A DNA stretch of 64,000 nucleotides from Methanobacteriota archaeon (lineage in GTDB: Archaea; Halobacteriota; Methanomicrobia; Methanomicrobiales; Methanomicrobiaceae): NCBI GenBank assembly GCA_023396365.1, contig JAEWWL010000007.1:1288-65287 (forward strand), given 5' to 3'. This document shows, piece by piece, positions 1 through 10,287 of the stretch. The first letter of the stretch is position 1; each line of letters begins with the position of its first letter. A model generated the notes under the pieces. The model did not search any database. It saw nothing but the letters and a program-made list of their open reading frames with translations, and was not told the origin of the DNA. The translations under genes and the position numbers were made by a program.

Positions 1-779
1 GCATTGAGGAGATTAATCACCAGATCTCCGACCTGTCAGCATCAAATGAAGAGATTGCAAGCACTTCACATGAAGTTTATAATGCTGCAAATCAGGTAGT
101 GGAAATAGGAAAGAAGGCCCAGACACTTGGAAACGATGCAAACAAAAAGATGAACAATGTCGAGAAAATTGCAAGCAGCAGTGTTGAGAGCATAAAAGAG
201 CTTACTGAAAAGATTAAGGAAGTAAGCAATGTTGTAAAATTAATCAACTCAATTGCAGGACAGATTAACCTTCTTGCTCTTAATGCGGCAATTGAAGCAG
301 CCCGTGCAGGTGAGCACGGACGCGGATTTGCAGTTGTTGCAGGAGAAGTCAAGAATCTTGCCGCAGAAGCAAGGGCTGCAACAGAATCAATTGATAATGT
401 TGTATCAATGGTTCAGGTCAGCAGCGAAAAGACGGCAGCTGCAATAACAACAGCAAATAACGAGATAGTTGATGGAGTGGAGAGCGTAAACAAAACAATT
501 GATGCCCTGAATACTATTATTCAGAATGCCGGCCAGGTCTCAAATGATATCGGTGAAATAACAAAGGCAATTGAGGACCAGGCAAATATTTCAAACAATG
601 TTGTAAACTCAACTGAGACCGGCACACAAAAGACACGTGAGGTTCAGAGAGAGACAGAAGAGCTTGCAGCACTCGCAGAAGAGGCAAGTGCATCTGTTGA
701 AGAGATTGGAAGTGCAATTCATGAAGTTGGAGAGCTTGTAAAGAAACTCGAAAAAGCCAACTCCAAATTCACTTACTAA
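1..779 (+). CDS. methyl-accepting chemotaxis protein, C-terminal cytoplasmic signalling domain (5' part lies outside the window)
   Basis: Frame is open from base 3 ([20 protein letters not shown]...) to the TAA at 777-779. It contains the near-invariant MCP hairpin-tip motif [30 protein letters not shown], flanked by heptad-like helical sequence. Confidence 0.9.
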   Translation, partial: IEEINHQISDLSASNEEIASTSHEVYNAANQVVEIGKKAQTLGNDANKKMNNVEKIASSSVESIKELTEKIKEVSNVVKLINSIAGQINLLALNAAIEAARAGEHGRGFAVVAGEVKNLAAEARAATESIDNVVSMVQVSSEKTAAAITTANNEIVDGVESVNKTIDALNTIIQNAGQVSNDIGEITKAIEDQANISNNVVNSTETGTQKTREVQRETEELAALAEEASASVEEIGSAIHEVGELVKKLEKANSKFTY

Positions 780-875
780 TTTTTTTAATTCAGATTTTTT
801 TCTCTTCTTCAATTTTTAAAACAATATGCAGGAATATACAGACTAATATGTTAAAAAGAGTAAAACTATTCTCCA

Positions 876-2672
876 ATGCTGCCGATGGTTGAGAACGCGT
901 CTTCTTTTAAGAAGACGATGCTTATAGGAATTGTAGTTGGAATAATATCCGGAATCGGAGCACTTTTATTCTTCTGGGGTCTTGAATACGGCACCCGCTT
1001 TGTAATGGATTTTATTATCGGCTATAATTATCCGGTTGAAGGCCAGACGGCTGATGAAATCTCTATGTGGACACCGCCGCCGCAAATCTGGCTGATTCTT
1101 CCGGTTATCTGTATCGGAGCACTTCTTTCCGGAATCATTGTCAATAAGTTTGCTCCTGAAGCAGAAGGTCATGGGACAGATGCCGCAATCAGGGCTTTTC
1201 ATGGCGATGCAAAAATTAGGTGGAGAGTTCCTGTTGTAAAGGCAGTTACAACGATTCTTACAATCTCAACAGGCGGAAGTGCGGGAAGGGAAGGTCCGAC
1301 TGCCCAGATTTCTGCAGCATTTGGATCAATTGCCGCTGACGCCCTGAAACTGTCGCAGCGTGAGAGAAGAATTGCGCTTGCAACAGGTATAGGCGCCGGT
1401 ATCGGAACAATTTTTAAGGCTCCTCTTGGCGGCGCAATTCTTGCAGCTGAAATATTATACAGCCGCGATATTGAAGCTGATGTTATAATGCCTTCATTTC
1501 TGGCTTCAATTATAGGCTATTCAATTTTTGGATATTTTGAAGGTTATACTCCCATATTCGGAACCGCCGGGATACACTGGGAGATTGGGCAGATTCCTCT
1601 GTTTCTTATACTCGGATTTATATGTGCTCTTGTCGGGCTTTTGTATATCCATGTTTTTTACAATACAAAAACAGCTTTTGCGGATTTTTTTAAGAAGCAT
1701 AATGTGCCTTTATATTTAAAACCGGTGGCAGGCGCTTTTATCCTTGGAATTTTTGTAATCGGCCTTGCGCACATATCTCCTGATACAATGACCGCGGCTC
1801 TTGCAAGTCTTGGAACAGGTTACGGCTTCATTCAGCTTGCAATATACAATATGCTGCCGCTAAGTGTTCTGATACTTCTTCCGTTTACAAAAATTTTAAC
1901 AACATCCCTTACAATAGGCTCAGGCGGAAGCGGCGGCATCTTTGCTCCCGGACTTGCTATCGGCGGAGCTGCCGGAGGTGCATTTGGAATGATTCTTCAT
2001 ATTCTTATCCCGCAGTTAGTGCCGCTGTCATCTGTTCCGGCGTTTGTAATTGTCGGGATGATTGCACTTTTTGGAGGGATTGCAAATGCGCCTATCGCTG
2101 TTCTGATAATGGTTGTAGAGATGACAAATGACTTTTCTTTACTTGTGCCGGCGATGGGTGCGGTTGCAGTCTCAACTGTTCTTACAGGAGATAAGACAAT
2201 TTTTAAGGAGCAGGTGAAGACAAAAGCCCAGTCTCCGGCCCACAGGGGCGAATACCAGATCGAAATTATGGAAAATATCAGTGCAGAGAGTGCAATGACA
2301 AAAAAAGAGGAACTAATACTTCTGCAAACCGGTGATTCATGGAAAAAGATGGTCGTGATAATGGATTCAACAAAACATACCGGCTTTCCTGTCTTAAAGG
2401 ACAATAAACTTGCAGGCATAGTTACTTACAGGGATGTAAACCCTGATGATTTAAAAGGAGCAACTATCGGAGATATCATGCACTCACCTGTAATCTCCAT
2501 ATATCCGGATACAAACCTTGAAACAGCACTTATCACAATGATGGAGAAAAACATCCACCACCTGGCTGTCGTTGATAAAAATGATCCAGATGAGATTGTC
2601 GGCTTTCTGACATCAACTGATATAATGCAGTCCTACACAAAAAAGATATCAGAGATTTCAAAAAATGACTGA
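876..2672 (+). CDS. ClC-family voltage-gated chloride channel / H+-Cl- antiporter with C-terminal CBS pair
   Basis: 598 aa polytopic protein with ClC selectivity motifs GGSAGREGP and GSGGSGGIFAP. The C-terminal ~130 aa looks like two CBS repeats (FPVLKDNKLAGIVTYRD, HHLAVVDKNDPDEIVGFLTSTD). Confidence 0.9.
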   Translation: MLPMVENASSFKKTMLIGIVVGIISGIGALLFFWGLEYGTRFVMDFIIGYNYPVEGQTADEISMWTPPPQIWLILPVICIGALLSGIIVNKFAPEAEGHGTDAAIRAFHGDAKIRWRVPVVKAVTTILTISTGGSAGREGPTAQISAAFGSIAADALKLSQRERRIALATGIGAGIGTIFKAPLGGAILAAEILYSRDIEADVIMPSFLASIIGYSIFGYFEGYTPIFGTAGIHWEIGQIPLFLILGFICALVGLLYIHVFYNTKTAFADFFKKHNVPLYLKPVAGAFILGIFVIGLAHISPDTMTAALASLGTGYGFIQLAIYNMLPLSVLILLPFTKILTTSLTIGSGGSGGIFAPGLAIGGAAGGAFGMILHILIPQLVPLSSVPAFVIVGMIALFGGIANAPIAVLIMVVEMTNDFSLLVPAMGAVAVSTVLTGDKTIFKEQVKTKAQSPAHRGEYQIEIMENISAESAMTKKEELILLQTGDSWKKMVVIMDSTKHTGFPVLKDNKLAGIVTYRDVNPDDLKGATIGDIMHSPVISIYPDTNLETALITMMEKNIHHLAVVDKNDPDEIVGFLTSTDIMQSYTKKISEISKND

Positions 2673-2759
2673 AAAAATATTCTCTTTTTCATTTCCGGCG
2701 GTGATGCAGGGAATTAATTTTATTTTTTCTTTTGCAATTTATATCAGGAAGGTGCTTTT

Positions 2760-3206
2760 ATGAAAGAAGCAGAAAAAGGAGACAGGGTTATTGTTCATTT
2801 TACAAGCAGAACATCACATGGCAAAATATTTGAAGAGTCAGACAAAAAAGAGCCTTTAGAGATAATAATCGGAGACGGCAGTGTAAACCCTGCCTTTGAG
2901 GAGGCTTTAATCAAAATGAAGCCCGGCGATAAAAAAGAGATACTGCTTTGTGCAAAAAAAGCATATGGCGAATATAAAAAGCGCCTTGTTTTTAAACTGC
3001 GAAAGTCCGGTCTGAATCTTTTGTGCGATCCAAAGCCGGGGGATATGGTTTTAATAAAACTTCCAACAGGGCAAAAATCACTTGTAAGTGTTGTTGAGGT
3101 TACGGCAAAATCAATAAAAGTTGATGCAAATCATCCGATGGCCGGAGAAGATATGATATATGAGATTGAACTCGTGGATATTCTGCCTGCAAAAGACACT
3201 GTATGA
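2760..3206 (+). CDS. FKBP-type peptidyl-prolyl cis-trans isomerase (SlyD-like, with insert-in-flap)
   Basis: 148 aa. The N-terminal GDRVIVHFTSRTSHGKIFEES...PLEIIIGDGSVNPAFEEALIKMKPGDKK and C-terminal DANHPMAGEDMIYEIELVDI are typical of short archaeal/bacterial FKBPs. Confidence 0.8.
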   Translation: MKEAEKGDRVIVHFTSRTSHGKIFEESDKKEPLEIIIGDGSVNPAFEEALIKMKPGDKKEILLCAKKAYGEYKKRLVFKLRKSGLNLLCDPKPGDMVLIKLPTGQKSLVSVVEVTAKSIKVDANHPMAGEDMIYEIELVDILPAKDTV

Positions 3207-3278
3207 AAATTAATGAATTTTTTTTTGAATTATCCCTGTTAAAAATTTAGGAGACCAATTTTTTTTAATTAAAAAAAA

Positions 3279-5219
3279 TTAAATTCCTGCCTCTTTTTTT
3301 ATCTTTTTTATCTGATCCCGCAATTTTATTGCCCTCTCAAAGTCAAGTGAATCGGCAGCCTCCTGCATTCCTGTCTCAAGCTCAATAATAAGATTTGGAA
3401 TTTCGCTTTTTGGAAGATGTTTGATATCTGAGATGTCAGCCTCTTTTTCCCTGACAGGTTTTACAATGGTTTTGGGAATGATGCCGTTTTTTGCATTGAA
3501 ATCCATCTGGATTTCGCGGCGTCTTTTAGTCTCCTTCATTGCGGTTTTCATAGAGTCTGTTAATTTGTCAGCGTATAAAACGACATAAGAATCAGCATTT
3601 CTTGCAGCACGGCCTATAATCTGTATGAGGCTTTTTGCATCCCTTAAAAATCCCTCTTTGTCTGCATCAAGAATTCCAATAAATCCAACCTCGGGAATGT
3701 CAAGACCTTCTCTTAGCAGATTGATTCCGACAAGCACATCAAATTTTCCAAGGCGAAGCTGTCTGATAATCTCGGTCCTTTCTATTGTATCAATATCAGA
3801 GTGAAGATAGCGTGTTTTAATCTTCTTTCCTGCAAGAAATTCAGTCAGCTCTTCAGCAAGCTTTTTAGTAAGCGTTGTAACCAGAACACGGTTCTTCTTA
3901 TCTGTCGTCTTTTTAATCTCTTTTAAGAGATCCTCCATCTGTCCTTCAACAGGCCTTACAAAAACCTCAGGGTCAACAAGGCCTGTCGGCCTGATTATCT
4001 GCTCAATAATATTTTCTGAATGCTCCTTTTCATAAACACCCGGTGTTGCGGAGACAAAAATTACATTATGCATGTATTTTTCAAACTCCTCAAAAACAAG
4101 CGGGCGGTTGTCAAAGGCAGACGGCAGGCGGAACCCGTAATTTACAAGAGGCTCTTTTCTTGACCTGTCGCCGTTATACATTCCCCTGACCTGCGGAAGG
4201 GTCTGGTGGCTTTCATCAATAACCAAAAGGAAATCGTCAGGAAAATAATCTATAAGACAAAATGGTTTTTCCCCTTTTTTTCTGTGATCAAAAAAACGGG
4301 AGTAATTTTCAATCCCCTTGCATGATCCTGTCTCCTCAATCATGTCAATATCATAAAGAGTCCTCTGCCTGAGTCTGTGAGCCTCAAATGGCCCGAGCTC
4401 TTTTAATCTCTCCTCAAGCTCTGCCTTTATCTCTGAAATCGCACCGGCTTTCTCCTCATCAGGTATAACATAATGCCTTGCGGGATATACAAAGAAGTAA
4501 TCCATTGACTCAAGCTTTTTTCCGGTTAATTTATCAATCTCAAAAATATTTTCAATCTCATCTCCAAACATTTCTATCCGGATGATATTGTTGAAATATC
4601 CGGGAATAAAATCAATGATGTCGCCTTTCACACGGAATCTTCCGGGCATAAGCTCGAGATCATTTCTTTCAAAAAGTATATCCACCAGTTTTTTTAAGAT
4701 CTCGGTTCTTCGGATTCTGTCGCCCTTTTTTATTTCAAAACCCATCTTCTCGAAGTTGTCAGGATTTCCAAGACCATATATCGCCGATACCGAGGCTACA
4801 ACTATGACGTCACTTCCTGAAAGGAGTGATGCGGTTGCAGAAAGCCGCATCTGCTCAATTTTGGGATTTATCTGTGAGTCTTTTTCAATATATTGATCTT
4901 TTGACGGAATATAAGATTCAGGCTGGTAGTAGTCATAATATGAAACAAAATACTCCACCCTGTTCTCAGGGAAAAAATCCTTAAATTCATTGTAAAGCTG
5001 GGCTGCAAGTGTTTTGTTGTGAGCAAGAACAAGAGCCGGCTTATTGCATCTTTCAATTACATTTGCTATTGTAAATGTCTTTCCCGAGCCAGTCACACCA
5101 AGGAGTGTCTGATATTTCTCTTTGTTTTCTATCCCCCTGGTTAATTTTTTTATTGCCTGCGGCTGTGAGCCCTTTGGACTGAAATCACTTTTGAGCTTAA
5201 ATTTATGAATTTCCCTCAT
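3279..5219 (-). CDS. uvrB: excinuclease ABC subunit B
   Basis: 646 aa. Walker A GVTGSGKTFT, helicase motif II VIDESH, and a C-terminal UVR motif (LDFERAIKLRDQIKKIKK). Collinear with bacterial UvrB over its full length. Confidence 0.97.
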   Translation of the reverse strand: MREIHKFKLKSDFSPKGSQPQAIKKLTRGIENKEKYQTLLGVTGSGKTFTIANVIERCNKPALVLAHNKTLAAQLYNEFKDFFPENRVEYFVSYYDYYQPESYIPSKDQYIEKDSQINPKIEQMRLSATASLLSGSDVIVVASVSAIYGLGNPDNFEKMGFEIKKGDRIRRTEILKKLVDILFERNDLELMPGRFRVKGDIIDFIPGYFNNIIRIEMFGDEIENIFEIDKLTGKKLESMDYFFVYPARHYVIPDEEKAGAISEIKAELEERLKELGPFEAHRLRQRTLYDIDMIEETGSCKGIENYSRFFDHRKKGEKPFCLIDYFPDDFLLVIDESHQTLPQVRGMYNGDRSRKEPLVNYGFRLPSAFDNRPLVFEEFEKYMHNVIFVSATPGVYEKEHSENIIEQIIRPTGLVDPEVFVRPVEGQMEDLLKEIKKTTDKKNRVLVTTLTKKLAEELTEFLAGKKIKTRYLHSDIDTIERTEIIRQLRLGKFDVLVGINLLREGLDIPEVGFIGILDADKEGFLRDAKSLIQIIGRAARNADSYVVLYADKLTDSMKTAMKETKRRREIQMDFNAKNGIIPKTIVKPVREKEADISDIKHLPKSEIPNLIIELETGMQEAADSLDFERAIKLRDQIKKIKKEAGI

Positions 5220-5249
5220 ATCAGGTTCTCCTTTTGAATCTGCTTTTTT

Positions 5250-6803
5250 TTAATTGTCTAAAATCTCCTTAGATCTTAACAGACGGTTATATGAAATTGC
5301 AAACCTGTGCGCCTCGTCACGTATCTCCTGTATGAAAAGCGATGCTTTCTCATTCTTCTTTAAGGGGAGCGGATGCGAAAATCCCGGGACAAAGATCTCC
5401 TCCTCTTTTTTGGCGATAGAGATTATCGGAATCCTTACAGGGATACTGTCAAGGGCATTTTTGGCAGCTGAAAGCTGTCCCTTCCCGCCGTCAATAATAA
5501 TAAGATCAGGAAAATCTCCGCCCTCATTTTTAAGTCTTGTATATCGCCTTTTTACAACCTCGGCTATTGATGCAAAATCATCAATTTTGTCGACGGTCTT
5601 AATTTTAAATCTTCTGTAATTTCGTTTGTCAGGTTTTCCGTACCTGAACTGAACCATTGAGCCTGTCATATTAGTGCCCTGAAGATGTGAAATATCAAAG
5701 CATTCGATAACATCAGGATTTTCCGGCAGATGAAGCCTTTTTCCAAGCTCTTTTACTTTTATCTCCCCGCCAAAAAATACATTCTCAACATTGTGCAGAA
5801 CAAGCTCAAGCAGAATTTTTTTATCTCCTTTCTGCGGAGATGTTACTGACACCTTTTTACCTTTCCTGTCTGTTAAAAATTCAGCAAGAGCACTGCCTGT
5901 CTCAACTGGCAGGATTAATTCAGAAGGCGGTTCGTTTTCAGAATAATACTGCACCAGAAATTCTTCAAGTGAATCCTCACCGTCTTCAAAGACAAATTCC
6001 TGCTTGTCTGCAAGACAGCCTTTGTATACTGAAAAAAGCATCAGATATACTGTTCCGTCTCTTACTGAGAAGTTTATCACATCCTCATCAGTAATTTTTT
6101 TCCTGTCGACGTGCTGTCTTTCTGCAAGTTTTTTAAGTGCCTCAGTCTGGTCGCGAAGAACAAGAGCTTTTTCAAAATCAAGAGATCGTGAACTCTCCTT
6201 CATCTCATTTTCAAGAGAGCTGATTATCTCTTTTGTATTTCCGCGAAGAACAAGTGAGGCTTTTTTAACATGTGCCTTATATTCCTCTTCAGAAATTTTA
6301 TTCAGGCACGGAGCGCTGCATGTCCCGATGTGTGCACGAAGGCATCCTCTTTTGTTAAGCTTCTTACATGATCGTAAACAAAATGTTTTTTTGACGACTG
6401 AAAGGATATAGTCCCTTTCCTTTGCTGAGACGAAAGGGCCGAAGAATTCCCCGGAGCTTTCTTTTTTTCTGGCAATATTTATTGCAGGAAATTTATCGCC
6501 TGAAATTTTTATGTAGGCATAATTCTTAGAGTCCTTTAAATCAATATTGTATTTTGGCTGGTATCTTTTAATCAGGTTGTTTTCAAGAATGAGTGCTCCG
6601 ACTTCGTTGTCTGTTATAATATAGTCAACAGAGTCAATTGAATTTACAAGAGCCTTTGTCTTTGAATCAGTAAGTGTTCTGTTAAAGTAGCTTGAAACTC
6701 TTTTTTTAAGATTTTTGGCCTTTCCGACATAGATGATTCTTCCTTTATTGTCCCTGTAAAGATAACAGCCGGGCTCGTTTGGAATCAGCGAAATATCTGG
6801 CAT
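5250..6803 (-). CDS. uvrC: excinuclease ABC subunit C (ends right after the endonuclease domain; no C-terminal (HhH)2 region)
   Basis: GIY-YIG motif GCYLYRDNKGRIIYVGKAKNLKKRVSSY, UVR motif LDFEKALVLRDQTEALKK, IIDGGKGQL and DEAHRFAISY. I start the gene at the internal ATG 6803 (MPDISLIPNEPGCYLY), because the ORF-track start at 6857 would overlap the uvrA 3' end. Confidence 0.93.
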   Translation of the reverse strand: MPDISLIPNEPGCYLYRDNKGRIIYVGKAKNLKKRVSSYFNRTLTDSKTKALVNSIDSVDYIITDNEVGALILENNLIKRYQPKYNIDLKDSKNYAYIKISGDKFPAINIARKKESSGEFFGPFVSAKERDYILSVVKKTFCLRSCKKLNKRGCLRAHIGTCSAPCLNKISEEEYKAHVKKASLVLRGNTKEIISSLENEMKESSRSLDFEKALVLRDQTEALKKLAERQHVDRKKITDEDVINFSVRDGTVYLMLFSVYKGCLADKQEFVFEDGEDSLEEFLVQYYSENEPPSELILPVETGSALAEFLTDRKGKKVSVTSPQKGDKKILLELVLHNVENVFFGGEIKVKELGKRLHLPENPDVIECFDISHLQGTNMTGSMVQFRYGKPDKRNYRRFKIKTVDKIDDFASIAEVVKRRYTRLKNEGGDFPDLIIIDGGKGQLSAAKNALDSIPVRIPIISIAKKEEEIFVPGFSHPLPLKKNEKASLFIQEIRDEAHRFAISYNRLLRSKEILDN

Positions 6804-6826
6804 AAACAAAGTAAATTTTTTATTGA

Positions 6827-9634
6827 TTATTTTTTCAGGAGGGGTGCAAGGAAGCATCCGGTATAGCTTTTTTTAATTTTTGCAATCTTCTCAGGTGTTC
6901 CTGCTGCGATAATCTCTCCTCCGTTCTCACCGCCCTCAGGTCCCAGGTCAATTATATAATCAGCTGATTTTATTACATCAAGATTGTGTTCAATTACAAC
7001 TACAGTGTTTTCCCTGTCAACTAGAGAATTTAAAACTCCTATAAGTTTTTTGACATCATGGAAATGAAGACCTGTTGTCGGCTCATCCAGAAGATATATT
7101 GTCTTTCCTGTTGATCTTTTGGAGAGTTCACGTGTTATCTTGATTCTTTGAGCCTCGCCGCCGGAGAGAGTTGTTGAACTCTGTCCAAGCTTTAGGTATC
7201 CAAGCCCTACCCTGCACAGTGTTTCGAGTTTGCCGCTTATTGACGGGATATTTTTAAATATTTCATATGCCTCTTCAACTGTCATATCAAGAACATCTGC
7301 GATGGATTTTCCCTTGTACTTGACCTCAAGTGTTTCAGCGTTGTATCTTGTTCCCCTGCATTCCTCGCATTCGACATAAACATCAGGCAGGAAATTCATC
7401 TCAATTTTTATCAGCCCGTCACCGCTGCATGCCTCACAGCGGCCCCCCTTTACATTAAACGAAAATCTTCCGGGTTTATAGCCTCGTATTTTTGCCTCTT
7501 TTGTCTCTGCAAAGATATTTCTAATCTCATCAAAGACTTTTGTGTAGGTTGCCGGATTGGAGCGGGGCGTTCTTCCAATCGGGCTTTGATCGATTACAAT
7601 TACCTTGTCAACAGGCTTGTCAAAGGAGAGCTCTTTGTATTTCCCCGGTTGTGTCTGCGATTTGTTTATCTCCTTCATTAAGGCGCGGTAGAGTGTATCA
7701 TAGATAAGAGTTGATTTTCCGCTTCCTGAAACTCCGGTTACAACAGTGAACAGTCCAAGGGGAATGTCCGCATCAACTGATTTTAAATTATTTTCAGAGC
7801 AGCCCTTAAGATGAATATAAGAATTTGGTTTTCGCCTTTCTTTTGGAATATCTATTTTTTCCTTTCCTGAGATGTATAATCCGGTTAAGGATTTTGAATC
7901 CTTTTCAATCTCTGCCGGAGTTCCTGATGATACAATATGCCCGCCATGAACACCGGCGCCCGGACCCATATCAATAACATAATCAGCCTGCCTTATGGTA
8001 TCCTCGTCATGCTCAACAACAACGAGCGTGTTTCCAAGATCACGAAGCTTCTTTAAATTTTCAATAAGCTTATGATTGTCCCGCTGGTGAAGACCGATTG
8101 AAGGCTCATCAAGGACATACAAAACGCCCATAAGATTTGAGCCAATCTGTGTTGCAAGACGAATTCTCTGGGCTTCTCCTCCTGAAAGAGTGCCCGAATT
8201 TCTTGAAAGCGTAAGATATCCAAGACCAACTTCATTTAAAAATTTCAGGCGTGAATTGATCTCTTTTATAATCTGCTTTGCAATCTCAGTGTCTTTTTCA
8301 TTAAGATTTATGCTGCTGAAAAAATCAATGCATGATGAAACAGAGAGATCAGTAATATCAATTATTGACCTGTCAGCTATTTTTACCGAGATTGCCTTTG
8401 CGTTGAGCCTTTTTCCGCCGCACTTCTGGCAGGGGGAGATTTTCATGAATTTTTCAAGCTCTTTTCTCCTGTATTCGGATTTGGTCTGGCTGTACAGGCG
8501 TGAGGCCTGCGGCAAAAGCCCTTCCCATTTTCCATTGTGCGACCATGACACATCCCCTCCCTTCATGCTCATGTTGAATTTGATTTTATCATCTGAGCCG
8601 AACATAAGGGCATTGTACTGCTCTTTTGATAGTTTGTCGATGGGAGTGAAGATATCAAATTTGAAATGCTTGGCAACCGCCGCAAGATACTGGACACGGT
8701 ATCCGTCAAGAAAATTCCTGTATGTTGCAACCGCCCCTTCTGATAATGATCTGCTCATGTCAGGAATTATCAGCGAGGGGTCAAACTCCATCTTTATTCC
8801 AAGGCCGTTGCATTCCGGGCATGCTCCAAACGGACTGTTGAATGAGAACATTCTCGGCTGAAGCTCATCAAAGGAAAATCCGCAGACAGGGCATGCCATC
8901 CTTGATGAATAAATCTTTTCTGTACCGTCATCTGATAAGGCGATTACAAGACCCTCGGAATTTTTAAGAGATGATTCCACACCTTCAACAAGCCTGAACC
9001 TGTCGTCCTTAGGGTCAAGTCTGTCTGTTACAATGTCTATATCATGCTTAACATACCGCTCAAGATTAATTTCCTCATCAGTTCTGATTATTTTCCCGTC
9101 AACCCTTGCCCTTGCATAGCCCTGCTGGTTTAAATCCTTAAGAACATGCTGGTGTGTTCCTTTTTTCTGCCTGATTACAGGAGAGAGAAGTGTTACACTG
9201 CCGACAAAGTCTGACTGAATGCTGTCTGATATTTTTTCCGGAGAGCGTGATTCAATTTTTATATTGTGTTCAGGACAGAACGGAACACCGATACGGGCAT
9301 ATAAAAGACGCAGGTAATCATAAATTTCTGTTACGGTGCCCACAGTGCTTCGCGGATTTTTGGATGTTGTCTTCTGCTCAATTGATATTGCAGGAGATAA
9401 TCCGTCAATTGAATCAACGTCGGGCTTGTTCATCAGACCCAGAAACTGCCTCGCATATGCAGACAGCGATTCAACATATCTTCTCTGGCCTTCGGCATAT
9501 ATTGTATCAAAAGCAAGTGTTGATTTGCCTGATCCTGAAACGCCTGTAATTACAATTAGTTTGTCTCTTGGAAGTTCAAGGGAAATATTCTGCAGATTGT
9601 GCTCCCTTGCTCCCCGTATTATTATTGAGTCCAT
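6827..9634 (-). CDS. uvrA: excinuclease ABC subunit A
   Basis: 935 aa. Two ABC modules ([14 protein letters not shown] / [14 protein letters not shown]; signatures [12 protein letters not shown] / [12 protein letters not shown]) and Zn-finger Cys pairs (CPVCGFSF...CPECNG; CEACSGDG...CEECRG). Confidence 0.98.
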   Translation of the reverse strand: MDSIIIRGAREHNLQNISLELPRDKLIVITGVSGSGKSTLAFDTIYAEGQRRYVESLSAYARQFLGLMNKPDVDSIDGLSPAISIEQKTTSKNPRSTVGTVTEIYDYLRLLYARIGVPFCPEHNIKIESRSPEKISDSIQSDFVGSVTLLSPVIRQKKGTHQHVLKDLNQQGYARARVDGKIIRTDEEINLERYVKHDIDIVTDRLDPKDDRFRLVEGVESSLKNSEGLVIALSDDGTEKIYSSRMACPVCGFSFDELQPRMFSFNSPFGACPECNGLGIKMEFDPSLIIPDMSRSLSEGAVATYRNFLDGYRVQYLAAVAKHFKFDIFTPIDKLSKEQYNALMFGSDDKIKFNMSMKGGDVSWSHNGKWEGLLPQASRLYSQTKSEYRRKELEKFMKISPCQKCGGKRLNAKAISVKIADRSIIDITDLSVSSCIDFFSSINLNEKDTEIAKQIIKEINSRLKFLNEVGLGYLTLSRNSGTLSGGEAQRIRLATQIGSNLMGVLYVLDEPSIGLHQRDNHKLIENLKKLRDLGNTLVVVEHDEDTIRQADYVIDMGPGAGVHGGHIVSSGTPAEIEKDSKSLTGLYISGKEKIDIPKERRKPNSYIHLKGCSENNLKSVDADIPLGLFTVVTGVSGSGKSTLIYDTLYRALMKEINKSQTQPGKYKELSFDKPVDKVIVIDQSPIGRTPRSNPATYTKVFDEIRNIFAETKEAKIRGYKPGRFSFNVKGGRCEACSGDGLIKIEMNFLPDVYVECEECRGTRYNAETLEVKYKGKSIADVLDMTVEEAYEIFKNIPSISGKLETLCRVGLGYLKLGQSSTTLSGGEAQRIKITRELSKRSTGKTIYLLDEPTTGLHFHDVKKLIGVLNSLVDRENTVVVIEHNLDVIKSADYIIDLGPEGGENGGEIIAAGTPEKIAKIKKSYTGCFLAPLLKK

Positions 9635-9765
9635 TGTTTGCTATCAGAAATCTATCTGACTCTTCATATAAATGAGTATACAGGCATGCGGTGTGAAAGT
9701 GAAATGGCATTTTTTTTTATTTTGCCGGTGCATTTTTTTTAATAAGCAGGCAAATTATCAGTGCA

Positions 9766-10275
9766 ATGGATGAGTTTAATTGCGGTCTTATGCCGGTCTG
9801 CGGGGAAAATCCAAAAATACTGATACTTGGAAGTTTTCCCTCCCTAAAATCCCTTGAAAAAAATGAATATTATGGAAATCCAAAAAACCATTTCTGGAAG
9901 ATAATGGAGGCGGTTTTTGGAACAGACACAAGTCTTTCATATGACAAAAGAATTGAATCCTTAAAAAATGCCGGTATTGCCTTATGGGATGCGGCATCAG
10001 AGTGCAGAAGAGAGAAAAGCAGTGATGCTACACTTAAGGATGTAAAGCCAAATGACATTGCCCGAATTTTAATAAAAAATAAACCGGTGAGGGTAATTGC
10101 ACTGAATGGAAAAACCGGTGCTGAAAAGTATTTTAAAAAATTTCATCCCGATTTTTCAAAAAAGTTTCCTGATGTTAAAGTAATTACCCTTCCCTCATCA
10201 AGCCCTGCAAATGCACGCCAAAGCCTGGATGACAAGATAAAAGAATGGAGTGCTCTAAAAGAGTATATTTTATGA
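9766..10275 (+). CDS. DNA-deoxyinosine (hypoxanthine) glycosylase, uracil-DNA glycosylase superfamily family 6
   Basis: 169 aa. The N-terminal ILILGSFPSLKSLEKNEYYGNPKNHFW and C-terminal LPSSSPANA match the short HDG/UDG-family-6 pattern as I remember it. Divergent from uvrA. Confidence 0.7.
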   Translation: MDEFNCGLMPVCGENPKILILGSFPSLKSLEKNEYYGNPKNHFWKIMEAVFGTDTSLSYDKRIESLKNAGIALWDAASECRREKSSDATLKDVKPNDIARILIKNKPVRVIALNGKTGAEKYFKKFHPDFSKKFPDVKVITLPSSSPANARQSLDDKIKEWSALKEYIL

Positions 10276-10287
10276 ATCTGGTTTTTT

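Noticed and set aside
6804-6857. N-terminal extensions in the ORF track: uvrC from 6857, cobA from 24663, HAD from 38315, surE from 46871, the kinase from 60928, and the membrane protein from 27467.
   Set aside because: The extensions overlap the preceding gene or add non-conserved residues. In each case an internal ATG with an SD-like sequence coincides with the conserved family N-terminus.
8190-8861. 223-aa plus-strand ORF inside uvrA. Similar long antisense ORFs occur at 12118-12753, 29168-29833, 35416-35916, 48398-48976, 49772-50302 and 57350-58069.
   Set aside because: Each lies entirely antisense to a gene with strong, full-length family motifs. Each has low-complexity Ser/Leu/Pro/Ile-rich translations with no recognisable domain. 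These are shadow ORFs, expected opposite long genes.
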